A DNA stretch of 64,000 nucleotides from Candidatus Omnitrophota bacterium (lineage in GTDB: Bacteria > Omnitrophota > Gorgyraeia > B26-G9), in NCBI GenBank assembly GCA_043826565.1, contig JBDRPX010000015.1, positions 67,317 through 131,316 on the forward strand. Reading direction: 5' to 3'. A model generated the notes under the pieces. The model did no database searches. It was not told the DNA's origin and saw only the letters and a program-made list of their open reading frames with translations. Below are positions 17,850 to 27,802 of this stretch, in pieces. Both the position numbers and the translations under genes were made by a program. Every line of letters starts with the position of its first letter. Within the stretch, counting starts at the first letter, position 1.

Positions 17850-20800
17850 ATGAATATTGCTCAATTTTCCGTAAAAAATTCTCTTTTTATTAATCTTGTT
17901 TCGGTGCTGATCCTGATCGTCGGGATTGTTTCGATGTTTACCTTAAACCGGGAAGCGTTTCCGGTTATTGATTTTGGCGAGGCTGCGGTGCAGACTGTTT
18001 ATCCGGGAGCGTCGCCGGAGGATGTGGAAAAATTAGTCACCACTCCGCTGGAAAAAGAATTACAAGAGGTTGACGAGATAGACGAGATACTCTCTATTTC
18101 CCGCGAAGGAATGTCGGTGATTAGTTTAACCATGGATCCGGAGGCCAAGGATATCCAGAAAATTACGGATAATATTCAAAAAGCCGTAGACCGGGTTACC
18201 GATCTTCCGGCCGCGGTAGAAGACCGCCCGGTAGTTATTGAGATAAATAGTAAAATATTCCCGATCGTTAATATCGGCCTGGGCGGGACGCTTAATGAAT
18301 TTGCTTTGCAGGAGCAGGCGGATATATTAAAAGATCAGTTAGAAGATATCCGCGGCGTGGCAAAAATTTCGCGCTCCGGATACCGGGATCAGGAATTTTG
18401 GGTAGAGCCGGATTTGCGTAAAATGCGGAATATGCATGTTTCCATAGAAGAGATCATGGAAGGATTGCGTTCGCGTAATATTACCGTTCCCGGAGGGAAG
18501 CTGAAAACTTCCAGTGAAGAATTTGCGATTAAAACAACCGGTGAATTTACTACCAAAGAAGAGATTGAAGATGTTATTATCCGCGCGAATGATCTCGGCA
18601 ACTGGCTTTTGGTCAAGGATGTGGCGACAGTAAAACATACTTTTGAAGAAGAGCAGGTAATTAATAAAAATCTCGGGAAAAAAGCGATAACCCTGCTGGT
18701 TTATAAAAAGGAAAAAGGCGACGCGATCAATGTTGCCAACGCGGTTTACAAAACACTGGATGAATTTAAAAAGACCGCTCCGGCGGGGTTAACGATTTCT
18801 CCTTTTGATGATATGTCTTATTACATTAAGCGGCGTTTAAATGTCCTGCGGTCAAATGGATTAGTCGGGTTTATTTTTGTTATCTTAATACTTTTTGCGT
18901 TTTTGCACGCGCGGCCGGCATTTTTTACGGCTTTGGGGATTCCGGTGGCGATGTGCGCGACGCTTGGGCTGATGCATGTTTTAGGAGTTACGATCAATCT
19001 CATGACCATGTTCGGCTTAGTTATTGTCTTGGGCATGATCGTTGATGACGGAATTATAATTTCCGAAAATGTATTTCGGTATGTTGAAGAAGGACTTTCG
19101 CCCCGGGAAGCAGCGGTTAAGGGAACAAGTGAAGTTATTGCTCCGGTTGCCGCGACGATCATCACAACCATTGCGGCGTTCCTTCCCCTTATGTATATGA
19201 GCGGAATTATCGGTAAATTTCTTCGGTATATTCCGATGATGGTGATTATCGCGCTGTGCGCTTCGGTTATCGAAGCTTTTATTATTCTCCCGTCACATTT
19301 AGCAGACTTTTTGCGGCCCATAAAAAATCATAATAGCGACCGGGAAATGGAAGAGCAGGATGTTAAGACCATTGTGATCTTTTCCGTTGTTTCCGGAATT
19401 ATCGCGGCAATTCTCGCGGGGTTTGCCAACAGCAGTCCGTTCGGAGTGCTGGCCTTGATCTTATCCGTGGGAGCTTTTTCTGTTTTTGTAAAGAAATACC
19501 CGGTTTTAGAAGCGATGATAAAATTTTATAAAAAAATACTGGAACAAGCGCTGCATTACCGGTATCTGGTTTTCGGAGCGATCGTCATGGCGTTTATCGC
19601 GTGTTTGATGCTGATCGTGTTTGTTCTTCCGAAATCAATGTTTAGCGCTAAAGGGGTGGAAGAATTTCTTGTGCGGGCGGAAGCTCCGGTGGGAACTCCT
19701 TTAGAAAAAACAAATGAAATGATGAAACCGGTTGAGGATTTAGTCGGAGCTGTCGGTGATAAGTATATCCAAAGTTTTGAAACAACGATCGGACAAATAG
19801 AGGCCGGCCGGGGCATGGGCGATCCGAATGCTCAATCCGGCTCTAATGTGGCTCAGTTACATGTGTTTCTTACGCCTATGCAGCAGCGGGATAAAGGGCC
19901 CAAAGAGATTATCGAAGAGTTAAGGCCCGGGCTGGAAAAAATCCCGGGATTTGAAAAGTTATATTTTTATGAATTAAAAGAAGGCCCGCCGGTGGGAAGA
20001 GACCTTGAATTTAATATCCGCGGTGATGATTTTGCGGTTATCCGGGAACTAGCGGGAAAGGTAAAAGAGCATTTAGCCAAAATAGACGGCGTATCGGATA
20101 TCGCGGACAGCTATACTTTAGGAGACCGGGAACTGCATATTGTTGTTAATCGGGAAAAAGCAGCCAAAGCTTATTTAACCGTAGGGCAGATCGCTACAAG
20201 TATCCGGAATGCTTTTGAAGGAGGTATCGCCACAACGATCAAGAAAACAAAAGCTGAAGAAGAGATCAAGGTGCGGGTACGCTTGCCTCAGGCGCAGCGC
20301 GGCACTCAGGAAGTTTTTAATGAGCTTTTGATACCCAACAGCAAAGGCAATCTTGTGCCGCTTAAGACTGTTTCCCAAATACAGACAACACAGTCCGCGC
20401 GGGCAATTAGTCATTTAGACGGCAAAAGATATATTCAGGTCGCGGCCGCGGTTAATAAAAAAAAGATAAATACCCAGAGATTAGTGGAACAAGTGCTTGA
20501 TAAGTTTGCAAGTCTCGCGCAGAATTATCCGGGGTATTCTATCCGTATCGGCGGAGAAGAAAAAGAAAATCAAAAAGCCTTTGCCAGTTTAATGACCGCG
20601 TTTATGATCGCGCTATTGGCGATCTTTATGATTCTGGCGACTTTGTTCAGTTCTTTGATCCAGCCGTTTATTGTGATGATCACCATTCCGTTCGCGCTTA
20701 TTGGCGTGGTTATCGCGCTTTTGATCCATGGGGAACCGTTAAGTATATTATCGTTTATCGGGATTGTCGGCTTAGCCGGGGTTGTGGTAAATGATTCCAT

Positions 20801-21143
20801 TGTTCTGGTGGATTTTATTAATAAGCTTAGACAAAAAGGAGTTTCCCGCCGCAATTCCATTGTCCAGGCGGGAATAGTCAGGTTTAGGCCGGTAATGCTG
20901 ACAACCCTGACAACGGTTGCCGGATTAAGCACGGTGGCATATGGCATCGGCGGATTTGATCCATTTTTACAACCCATGGCCTTGGCGATTTCCTGGGGAT
21001 TGGCGTTTGCGACAATATTAACTCTTGTGGTTATGCCGTGTTTTTACGCGATTATTGATGATATTACCCAGAAAATTGCCTGCCATCCGACCGTCCGGAA
21101 ACTGAATAAAAACGGGCAGGACAGATGTGATGTAGAGGGGTAA
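17850..21143 (+). CDS. RND efflux transporter permease (AcrB/CzcA superfamily)
   Basis: 1097 aa; 12 TM with two large periplasmic loops; N-terminal SLFINLVSVLILIVGIVS typical of the RND family. Confidence 0.95.
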   Translation: MNIAQFSVKNSLFINLVSVLILIVGIVSMFTLNREAFPVIDFGEAAVQTVYPGASPEDVEKLVTTPLEKELQEVDEIDEILSISREGMSVISLTMDPEAKDIQKITDNIQKAVDRVTDLPAAVEDRPVVIEINSKIFPIVNIGLGGTLNEFALQEQADILKDQLEDIRGVAKISRSGYRDQEFWVEPDLRKMRNMHVSIEEIMEGLRSRNITVPGGKLKTSSEEFAIKTTGEFTTKEEIEDVIIRANDLGNWLLVKDVATVKHTFEEEQVINKNLGKKAITLLVYKKEKGDAINVANAVYKTLDEFKKTAPAGLTISPFDDMSYYIKRRLNVLRSNGLVGFIFVILILFAFLHARPAFFTALGIPVAMCATLGLMHVLGVTINLMTMFGLVIVLGMIVDDGIIISENVFRYVEEGLSPREAAVKGTSEVIAPVAATIITTIAAFLPLMYMSGIIGKFLRYIPMMVIIALCASVIEAFIILPSHLADFLRPIKNHNSDREMEEQDVKTIVIFSVVSGIIAAILAGFANSSPFGVLALILSVGAFSVFVKKYPVLEAMIKFYKKILEQALHYRYLVFGAIVMAFIACLMLIVFVLPKSMFSAKGVEEFLVRAEAPVGTPLEKTNEMMKPVEDLVGAVGDKYIQSFETTIGQIEAGRGMGDPNAQSGSNVAQLHVFLTPMQQRDKGPKEIIEELRPGLEKIPGFEKLYFYELKEGPPVGRDLEFNIRGDDFAVIRELAGKVKEHLAKIDGVSDIADSYTLGDRELHIVVNREKAAKAYLTVGQIATSIRNAFEGGIATTIKKTKAEEEIKVRVRLPQAQRGTQEVFNELLIPNSKGNLVPLKTVSQIQTTQSARAISHLDGKRYIQVAAAVNKKKINTQRLVEQVLDKFASLAQNYPGYSIRIGGEEKENQKAFASLMTAFMIALLAIFMILATLFSSLIQPFIVMITIPFALIGVVIALLIHGEPLSILSFIGIVGLAGVVVNDSIVLVDFINKLRQKGVSRRNSIVQAGIVRFRPVMLTTLTTVAGLSTVAYGIGGFDPFLQPMALAISWGLAFATILTLVVMPCFYAIIDDITQKIACHPTVRKLNKNGQDRCDVEG

Positions 21144-21817
21144 TGATGAGAATCTTGGTGGTTGAAGATGAAGAAAAAGTTTTGCGTTTCATCCGCAAAG
21201 GATTTAAAGAACACGGTTTTTGCGTGGATACCGCTACTGAAGGCCGGGAAGGTTTTTTTCTGGCGACCAGCGAGCAGTATGACTGCATTATTTTAGATAT
21301 AATGCTGCCCAATCTCAACGGATATGAAGTGCTTGCGCATATCCGGGGAAAAGGTAAAAAAACACCGGTACTTTTTCTCACGGCAAAAGATACGGTGGAT
21401 GACCGGGTTAAAGGGTTAGAAGCCGGCGCGGATGATTATCTGGTAAAACCATTTGCCTTTTCTGAATTGCTGGCCCGGGTCAGAGCTTTGATGCGCCGGG
21501 GAAGCCCCGGAGAAGTTACTACTTTTAGCGCGGCAGAGTTGACCCTGGATTCCGTAAAACGCCAGGTCAAATGCAAAGGCAAAACACTGGAACTAACGCC
21601 AAAAGAATTTACATTACTGCAATATCTTATGGAACGAAAAGGAGAGGTTGTTACCCGGACCATGCTTTCGGAAAATGTCTGGGGGTATCATTTTGATTCC
21701 ATGACGAATGTCATTGATGTGCATATCACTAATCTGCGTAAAAAAATAGAGGAAACAGGCGCAAAACCGTTAATCCATACTTTGCGCGGGGTCGGCTATG
21801 TGCTAAAAGAAAAATAG
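21143..21817 (+). CDS. OmpR/PhoB-family response regulator (CusR/CopR-like)
   Basis: REC domain (ILVVEDEEK...D at 54) plus winged-helix trans_reg_C (LTPKEFTLLQYLM...RGVGY); TAATG overlap with RND stop. Confidence 0.9.
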   Translation: MMRILVVEDEEKVLRFIRKGFKEHGFCVDTATEGREGFFLATSEQYDCIILDIMLPNLNGYEVLAHIRGKGKKTPVLFLTAKDTVDDRVKGLEAGADDYLVKPFAFSELLARVRALMRRGSPGEVTTFSAAELTLDSVKRQVKCKGKTLELTPKEFTLLQYLMERKGEVVTRTMLSENVWGYHFDSMTNVIDVHITNLRKKIEETGAKPLIHTLRGVGYVLKEK

Positions 21818-22147
21818 AGTCTTTCTTGAAAAATGTGATTACAGACATATTAACATATTATATAGCAAGAAGTTACAGATAATTCAAAAGTTAAAATTCA
21901 AAATTGCAATTAAAAAATCAAAAGTTTAAAGATACAATTGTTGAATATTATTGCGTATAAAATTATTGAAAACAAGAATGCTAAGTGTAAAAATGACATC
22001 AAGAGGAATAACTTTTTAATTTTGCCTTGAATTTTTGACATTTGCCTTTTGAGTTTTGATTTGGCAGCCGGTTATAAAATAAAAACAAAGAAAATATCAC
22101 AAAGTTTGAGAAAGAACCGAAAAATAAAACAAAGCGAGAGATAAATA

Positions 22148-23554
22148 ATGTTGTTTACAAAAACCATCCGGGGTAAGCTGATATTAGGGTATACCGCTGT
22201 TTTGCTGGTTAGCCTGGTGATTGTTTTTGTGTATGTGTATATCCAGTTAAACCGCGCGTTTATTACTACTTCCCGGGAATATATTAAAAAAGAACTCTCC
22301 GCGACCATCCGGCTTTTAAAAGACCGGGAAAACAGTCCTTCAGCTATCGCGAATTTCTTGTCGAAGAAAACTGTTTTGTTTCAAAGCGTTTATAATATTA
22401 ATTACGCGCTTTTTGACGCGGAAGGCCTGATGCTCGCGCGTTCGGAAAATTTTTCCGCGGATCTGCAGGCAGTATCTATGAGCAATGCTGAATCAAATCA
22501 AATAATTTATGAAAAACATATAAAAACACCGCAAGGCCAGAGGATGTTTTTTGCTACCCAGGCTTTTACCGATACCGCGGGAGAAAAATTTTATTTACAG
22601 TTTGGATTAGAAACCCGCGCGCATCCGGAATCGGTAAATATAGTTTTAAAAACACTTTTCCGGACATTACCGGTTATTTTGATTATCGTTATAAGCGGAG
22701 GGTTGTTTTTAACCGGCAAGGTATTGGCGCCGCTGGCTTTGGTGACTAAGGCCGCGAGAGAACTTCCGCTTATGGGCCGGGAAAAACTTCTTCCGCTTTC
22801 CGGTACCGGAGATGAACTAGATCAATTAACCGCAGCGTTTAATAATGTCGTTAAACAGCTGCGCGAAGCTTATCAGAGAATTGTTACTTTTACCGCGGAT
22901 GTTTCGCATGAGCTTCGTTTGCCGATTACCGCGATGAAGGGAGAAGCAGAAGTTGTTTTAGAAAGAGAAAGAAGCTTAAAAGAGTATCAGCGGGTTTTAG
23001 GCAGCAGCATTGAAGATATGGATCGTTTAATGAACATGCTTAAGCGGCTGCTTTCCTTAACCCGCGCGGATAGCGGTATTGATTATCTGGTAAAAGAAGA
23101 AGTGGACTTAAAAGAATTATTAGAAAAGCTTGCTGAGTTCTACTTACCTTTAGCGGAAAATAAAGAGCTTTCTTTATCGGTTTCTTCACCGTCAGATGAG
23201 TGTGTGCTTAACGCTGACCCGCTGAGATTGCAGGAGTTATTTTCCAATCTAATCGAGAACGCGGTAAAGTATACTCCGGGAAAAGGAAAAATCACAATAT
23301 CTATAATAAAAACAGAAAAGCAGCATCAAGTACTGGTTGAAGATACCGGTATCGGTATTGCTCCCGAAGAACAAAAAAAGATTTTTGACCGGTTTTACCG
23401 GGTAGATAAATCCCGTTCCCGGACTGACGGCGGTTCCGGATTGGGCTTAAGTATTGCCAAGATGATCGCTAGCACGCATGATGGAGAAATCTATGTGGAA
23501 AGTTCTTTAAATAAAGGAAGCTGTTTTAAAGTTGTGCTCCCCCGCCGGAATTAA
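22148..23554 (+). CDS. Sensor histidine kinase (2 TM, HAMP, HisKA, HATPase_c)
   Basis: H-box SHELRLP, N/G boxes NLIENAVKYT...GGSGLGLSI. Confidence 0.9.
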   Translation: MLFTKTIRGKLILGYTAVLLVSLVIVFVYVYIQLNRAFITTSREYIKKELSATIRLLKDRENSPSAIANFLSKKTVLFQSVYNINYALFDAEGLMLARSENFSADLQAVSMSNAESNQIIYEKHIKTPQGQRMFFATQAFTDTAGEKFYLQFGLETRAHPESVNIVLKTLFRTLPVILIIVISGGLFLTGKVLAPLALVTKAARELPLMGREKLLPLSGTGDELDQLTAAFNNVVKQLREAYQRIVTFTADVSHELRLPITAMKGEAEVVLERERSLKEYQRVLGSSIEDMDRLMNMLKRLLSLTRADSGIDYLVKEEVDLKELLEKLAEFYLPLAENKELSLSVSSPSDECVLNADPLRLQELFSNLIENAVKYTPGKGKITISIIKTEKQHQVLVEDTGIGIAPEEQKKIFDRFYRVDKSRSRTDGGSGLGLSIAKMIASTHDGEIYVESSLNKGSCFKVVLPRRN

Positions 23555-23628
23555 CCCGCCAGGTTTTTTATTAAGAAATCTTAATCTAATCTTAATCCTC
23601 CTTTAATTATTCATGTGTTATTATTGTT

Positions 23629-23662
23629 TAGTGTCGGGACAGGTTTGTAACCTGTCTGAAAC
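23629..23662 (+). repeat. REP-like element (degenerate head) in the 5'UTR of the moxR-like gene
   Basis: tagtgtcgggacaggtttgtaacctgtctgaaac; stem GGACAGGT/ACCTGTC; same family as 27750 and 28840. Confidence 0.55.
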
Positions 23663-23684
23663 TGTAAACAAAACGGAGGTTGCC

Positions 23685-24677
23685 ATGTCATATGAAGCGA
23701 TTCAGGCATTGAATGAAAAGGTAAAAGCGGAAAGCGAATTTATTTCTCAATTGCGTACAGAGATTCACCGGGTGATTATCGGGCAGGAATATCTGGTGGA
23801 AAGATTGTTGGTCGGTTTGTTGGCGGACGGGCATGTTCTTTTAGAAGGTGTGCCGGGGCTGGCGAAAACTTTAAGCGTTTCCACTTTAGCCAAAGGCATT
23901 GCCGCTTCTTTTAAGCGGATCCAGTTTACGCCGGATCTACTGCCCGCGGATGTTATTGGTACGCAGATCTATAACCCCAAAGACTCCAGTTTTTCCATAA
24001 AAAAAGGGCCGGTATTCGCGAATATTATTTTAGCGGATGAGATCAACCGCGCGCCGGCAAAAGTGCAAAGTGCGCTTTTAGAAGCCATGCAGGAAAGACA
24101 GGTCACTATCGGAGAAGAAACCCTCAAACTTCCGGAACCATTTCTTGTTTTGGCAACGCAAAATCCCATTGAGCAGGAAGGAACATATCCTTTGCCGGAA
24201 GCGCAGGTGGACCGGTTTATGCTCAAGCTGAATATTACCTATCCCAGTAAAAAAGAAGAACAGGAAATTTTGCGCCGGATGGCCCGGGTAAATAAAAATA
24301 TTGATATTAAGCCGGTAGTAAAACCGCAGACGATATTAAAGGCCAGAGAGATCGTGGATCAGATATACTTAGATGAAAAACTTGAAGGTTATATTGTGGA
24401 TTTGGTTATGGCTACGCGGGAGCCGGAAGCGTACAAGTTGGATACCAAACAATATATTGAGTATGGGGCGTCTCCGCGGGCGACAATTAATCTAGCTTTA
24501 GCCGCCAAGGCTTACGCTTTTTTGCAGGGCCGCGGGTATGTTACTCCGCAGGATATTAAAAGCATCGGCATGGATGTATTGCGCCACCGCGTGATCGTCA
24601 CTTATGAAGCGGAAGCGGATAATATAACATCTGAAGATATTGTTAATAAAGTTTTTGATACGGTTGTTGTCCCGTAA
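23685..24677 (+). CDS. MoxR-family AAA+ ATPase
   Basis: Start at ATG 23685 (RBS ACGGAGG); Walker A GVPGLAKT, Walker B ILADEINRA; first gene of the Bat-type operon. Confidence 0.9.
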   Translation: MSYEAIQALNEKVKAESEFISQLRTEIHRVIIGQEYLVERLLVGLLADGHVLLEGVPGLAKTLSVSTLAKGIAASFKRIQFTPDLLPADVIGTQIYNPKDSSFSIKKGPVFANIILADEINRAPAKVQSALLEAMQERQVTIGEETLKLPEPFLVLATQNPIEQEGTYPLPEAQVDRFMLKLNITYPSKKEEQEILRRMARVNKNIDIKPVVKPQTILKAREIVDQIYLDEKLEGYIVDLVMATREPEAYKLDTKQYIEYGASPRATINLALAAKAYAFLQGRGYVTPQDIKSIGMDVLRHRVIVTYEAEADNITSEDIVNKVFDTVVVP

Positions 24678-24682
24678 AAATA

Positions 24683-24860
24683 ATTCAAAACTCAAAGGTC
24701 AAAAATCAAAAATGCAAGTCAAAATTAAAAAATAAAAGATTTTAATGTGTTTTAGAATATATTTGAATGGATTGTGAATAGGGATGTTTTATAAGGCATG
24801 ATATTTTTGACTTTTGAATTGAACTTTTGAGTTTTGCTTTTTGAATTTTGAGTTCAAAAA
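24683..24860. repeat. Intergenic composite inverted-repeat element (TCAAAAG-unit arms)
   Basis: Left arm aattcaaaactcaaaggtcaaaaatcaaaaatgcaagtcaaaattaaaaaataaaag; right arm atttttgacttttgaattgaacttttgagttttgctttttgaattttgagttcaaaaaag. Confidence 0.5.
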
Positions 24861-24871
24861 AGAGGATTACC

Positions 24872-25747
24872 ATGATACCTAAAGAGTTGTTGAAGAAAAT
24901 CAGGCATATTCAGATATATTCCGCGCGCATGGTCAATGATATTCTTGCCGGAGCCTACCATAGCACGTTTAAAGGCCGGGGCATAGAATTTGACACGGTA
25001 AGGGAGTATCAGCCGGGAGATGAGATCCGAACGATCGACTGGAATGTTACCGCGCGCATGGGCCATCCTTTTATAAAGAAATTTGTGGAAGAGCGCGAGT
25101 TAACGGTAATGCTGGTCGTGGATATGAGCGCTTCCGGAGATTTCGGCTCAGGGCCGCGCATGAAAAACGAATTTGCCGCGGAGCTTTGTGCGGTGCTGGC
25201 TTTTTCCGCGATCAAAAATAATGATAAAGTCGGGTTGATCATGTTTACCGATAAAGTGGAAAAATATATCCCGCCGAAAAAAGGTAAGCGCCATGTGCTT
25301 CATGTTATCAGTGAAGTGCTTTCGTTTAAACCAAAAAGCCGGGGCACTAATATTGCGGCAGCTTTGGAATTTTTAAATTCAATTAATAAACGCCGGTCCG
25401 TAACCTTTCTGGTTTCGGACTTTATTTCTCAGGATTATGCCCGGGCTTTACAGATATCCAATAAACGTCATGATATGATTGCGATCGCGATCAAAGATCC
25501 GCGGGAATCGGAATTGCCGGATATCGGGATGATCGAGCTGGAAGACGCGGAAACCGGAGAAGCCCTGACCGTGGATACCGCGGATATTAAAGCGCGTAAA
25601 ACCTTTAATGTTGCCGCGGGCACAGAGGCCGCGCAAAGAGATAAAAAATTTCGCCAGATAGACGTTGATGTTATTCATGTGCAGACGGATAACTCATACT
25701 TAGAGCCGCTGATGAGGTTTTTTAGAGCACGGGAGAAAATGAGATAA
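24872..25747 (+). CDS. DUF58 protein (MoxR-associated, vWA-like)
   Basis: FKGRGIEFDTVREYQPGDEIRTIDWNVTAR signature of DUF58; start chosen at ATG 24872 with RBS AGAGGA. Confidence 0.85.
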   Translation: MIPKELLKKIRHIQIYSARMVNDILAGAYHSTFKGRGIEFDTVREYQPGDEIRTIDWNVTARMGHPFIKKFVEERELTVMLVVDMSASGDFGSGPRMKNEFAAELCAVLAFSAIKNNDKVGLIMFTDKVEKYIPPKKGKRHVLHVISEVLSFKPKSRGTNIAAALEFLNSINKRRSVTFLVSDFISQDYARALQISNKRHDMIAIAIKDPRESELPDIGMIELEDAETGEALTVDTADIKARKTFNVAAGTEAAQRDKKFRQIDVDVIHVQTDNSYLEPLMRFFRAREKMR

Positions 25748-26703
25748 TGAAAAAAGGAATATTTTTTTTATTAGCGGGGGTTCTCAGCTTGGGTATTGCG
25801 GGAAAGGCCATGGCCTTGGAAGGGGAATTGCCGTCTGTCCGGGCTTATGTTGATAAAGCAGAGATTACCATCGGAGAAAAAATCAAGTACACATTAGAAG
25901 TTGATTATAATAAATCAGCTAAAGCGGAATTCCCGATTATTGATGTGGAAATGGGTGGTTTTGCTATTAAAGATTTCGGGCAGGAACCACCGAGGAAAAC
26001 CGGACGAAAAAGTTTACAGGAAAAAAGATGGTATTTACTGGATACTTATACGGTTGGTTCATATGTAATCCCCCAACAGCAAATAAAAATAATCTTAGCC
26101 GATAAACAGATAAAGAAGATCACCGCCCCGGAAGTATTTGTGGAAGTCAAAAGTGTTCTGGGGCAGGAGGGGCAAGCAGAGGGACTGCGGGATATTAAAT
26201 CTCCGGTTAGTGTTGCCGCAGATACAACCCGGCTTATTTTAGTGCTCCTGGGCAGTTTGTTGCTAATTGCGGGAATCATGATTTTTTGGCGGTTTTGTTC
26301 TTTTCGGAGCAGCCGGCCGGTACTCTGGGCGGCTTTGCCGGCGCATGAACAGGCGTTCCGAGAATTAGAACGCATTAATAGTTTAAATCTGCTGAATGAG
26401 GGAAAAATTAAAGAATATTATTATCTGGTATCGAATTGCCTGAGAAGTTATCTGGAGAACCGTTTTGGCTTGCGGGCTCCGGAGCAGACCACCGAAGAAT
26501 TTTTAGCCGAGGTGATCGCGACCGATCAGCTTAAAGGCCGGGATATTAACCGCTTAAAAGAATACTTGCAGCATTGCGATCTGGTAAAGTACGCGAAGTT
26601 TGAGCCGGGCAAATCTGATATTGAAAAATTAATGACGACAACCAGGCAGTTTGTAGAGGAAACAAAATTGGTTGGTAGTCCACAGTCCATAGTTGATGAA
26701 TAA
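25747..26703 (+). CDS. Hypothetical secreted/membrane protein of the Bat operon
   Basis: Signal peptide plus one internal TM (LILVLLGSLLLIAGIMIFW); TAATG overlap with upstream gene. Confidence 0.5.
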   Translation: MKKGIFFLLAGVLSLGIAGKAMALEGELPSVRAYVDKAEITIGEKIKYTLEVDYNKSAKAEFPIIDVEMGGFAIKDFGQEPPRKTGRKSLQEKRWYLLDTYTVGSYVIPQQQIKIILADKQIKKITAPEVFVEVKSVLGQEGQAEGLRDIKSPVSVAADTTRLILVLLGSLLLIAGIMIFWRFCSFRSSRPVLWAALPAHEQAFRELERINSLNLLNEGKIKEYYYLVSNCLRSYLENRFGLRAPEQTTEEFLAEVIATDQLKGRDINRLKEYLQHCDLVKYAKFEPGKSDIEKLMTTTRQFVEETKLVGSPQSIVDE

Positions 26704-26708
26704 TTTTT

Positions 26709-26736
26709 CTTGAGACTTGCGACTTGTGGCTTGAGA
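26709..26736 (+). repeat. Tandem heptamer tract CTTGAGA-CTTGCGA-CTTGTGG-CTTGAGA immediately upstream of batA
   Basis: Read from sequence; same CTTGNGA family as 9851 and 17713. Confidence 0.7.
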
Positions 26737-26752
26737 CTAGAGGTTTTTGATA

Positions 26753-27751
26753 ATGTTTTTTCGTGATTTTCACAATATTATATTGCTGTTTATTTTTGTG
26801 CCGCTGATATTGTTCGTGTATTTTAACCGCAAATCGCACGGGCAGGTGATCTTTTCTTCTTTACGGCATTTAAAGAAAATCCCGGCTTCCCGGACTTTGC
26901 GTTCCCGGCAGATGCTCATGGCCTTGCGTGTTCTGGCGGTTTGCTTTTTAGTTGTCGGATTGATGCGCCCGCAAAAAGGAATTGAAGAAACAAAGATCGA
27001 GACCGAAGGCATTGATATCATCCTGGCAATTGATGTTTCCGGAAGTATGATGGCTGAAGATTTTGTTTTAAACGGAGAAAGAAAAAACCGTTTAGAATCG
27101 GTTAAATATGTGGTGCGTGATTTTATTAAAAAAAGAACCAATGACCGCATCGGACTGGTTGTTTTTAGCGGGCGCGCGTATATGCAGTGCCCGCTGACTT
27201 TAGATTATGGAATATTATTGCAGTTTTTAGATAAAGCGCAGATTGGGATGATCGAAGACGGTACTGCTGTCGGCGACGGGATTGCCACGGCCTTAGCCCG
27301 GATAAAAGATATTCCGGCGAAAAGTAAGGTGGTTATTTTATTGACCGACGGAGTGAATAATGCGGGGAAAGTTGACCCGTTAAATGCCGCGGAACTGGCG
27401 AAAGCGATCAAGGCCAAGGTTTATACTATCGGCGCCGGAACTAAGGGCCGGGTTCCGTTTCCGGCAAAAGACTTATTCGGCAATACGGTTTATCAATGGG
27501 CCGTGATCGATCTGGATGAAGATTCTTTGCGTCAAATCGCTCAGATTGCCGGAGGTAAATATTTCCGGGCCAAAGATACCGAGAGTTTAAAGAAGATTTA
27601 TGAGGAAATTGATAATATGGAAAAGACAAAAATAGAAATAAGTTCTTATACTGAATACAATGAAATGTTTAAACCGTTTGTGTTGGCCGCCCTGGGGTTG
27701 CTGCTGCTGGAGCTTATTTTGCGTTATACAAGGCTGCGCATATTACCATAA
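26753..27751 (+). CDS. batA: vWA-domain protein BatA
   Basis: Two N-terminal TM, vWA MIDAS DVSGSM; start set to ATG 26753 (ORF-track TTG 26747 less likely). Confidence 0.85.
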   Translation: MFFRDFHNIILLFIFVPLILFVYFNRKSHGQVIFSSLRHLKKIPASRTLRSRQMLMALRVLAVCFLVVGLMRPQKGIEETKIETEGIDIILAIDVSGSMMAEDFVLNGERKNRLESVKYVVRDFIKKRTNDRIGLVVFSGRAYMQCPLTLDYGILLQFLDKAQIGMIEDGTAVGDGIATALARIKDIPAKSKVVILLTDGVNNAGKVDPLNAAELAKAIKAKVYTIGAGTKGRVPFPAKDLFGNTVYQWAVIDLDEDSLRQIAQIAGGKYFRAKDTESLKKIYEEIDNMEKTKIEISSYTEYNEMFKPFVLAALGLLLLELILRYTRLRILP

Positions 27752-27784
27752 CCTGTAGGGACAGGTCTGTGACCTGTCCGAAAC
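27750..27784 (+). repeat. REP element (GTAGGG head + palindrome) between batA and batB
   Basis: aacctgtagggacaggtctgtgacctgtccgaaac; stem GGACAGGTC/GACCTGTCC. Confidence 0.7.
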
Positions 27785-27802
27785 AAGAGGATAAAGGAAT
27801 AT

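Noticed and set aside
18339-21381. Minus-strand ORFs inside the RND permease gene
   Set aside because: Shadow ORFs antisense to a 1097-aa RND transporter.
23613-23684. Upstream extension of the moxR ORF (MCYYCLVSGQVCNLSETVNKTEVA)
   Set aside because: The extension is encoded by the REP-like palindrome; a good RBS (ACGGAGG) precedes the internal ATG at 23685, which gives a standard MoxR N-terminus.
24848-24871. ORF-track start of the DUF58 gene at 24848 (MSSKKRIT)
   Set aside because: The ATG at 24848 lies within the right arm of the intergenic repeat and lacks an RBS; the ATG at 24872 has AGAGGA 7 nt upstream. Kept as a lower-probability alternative.
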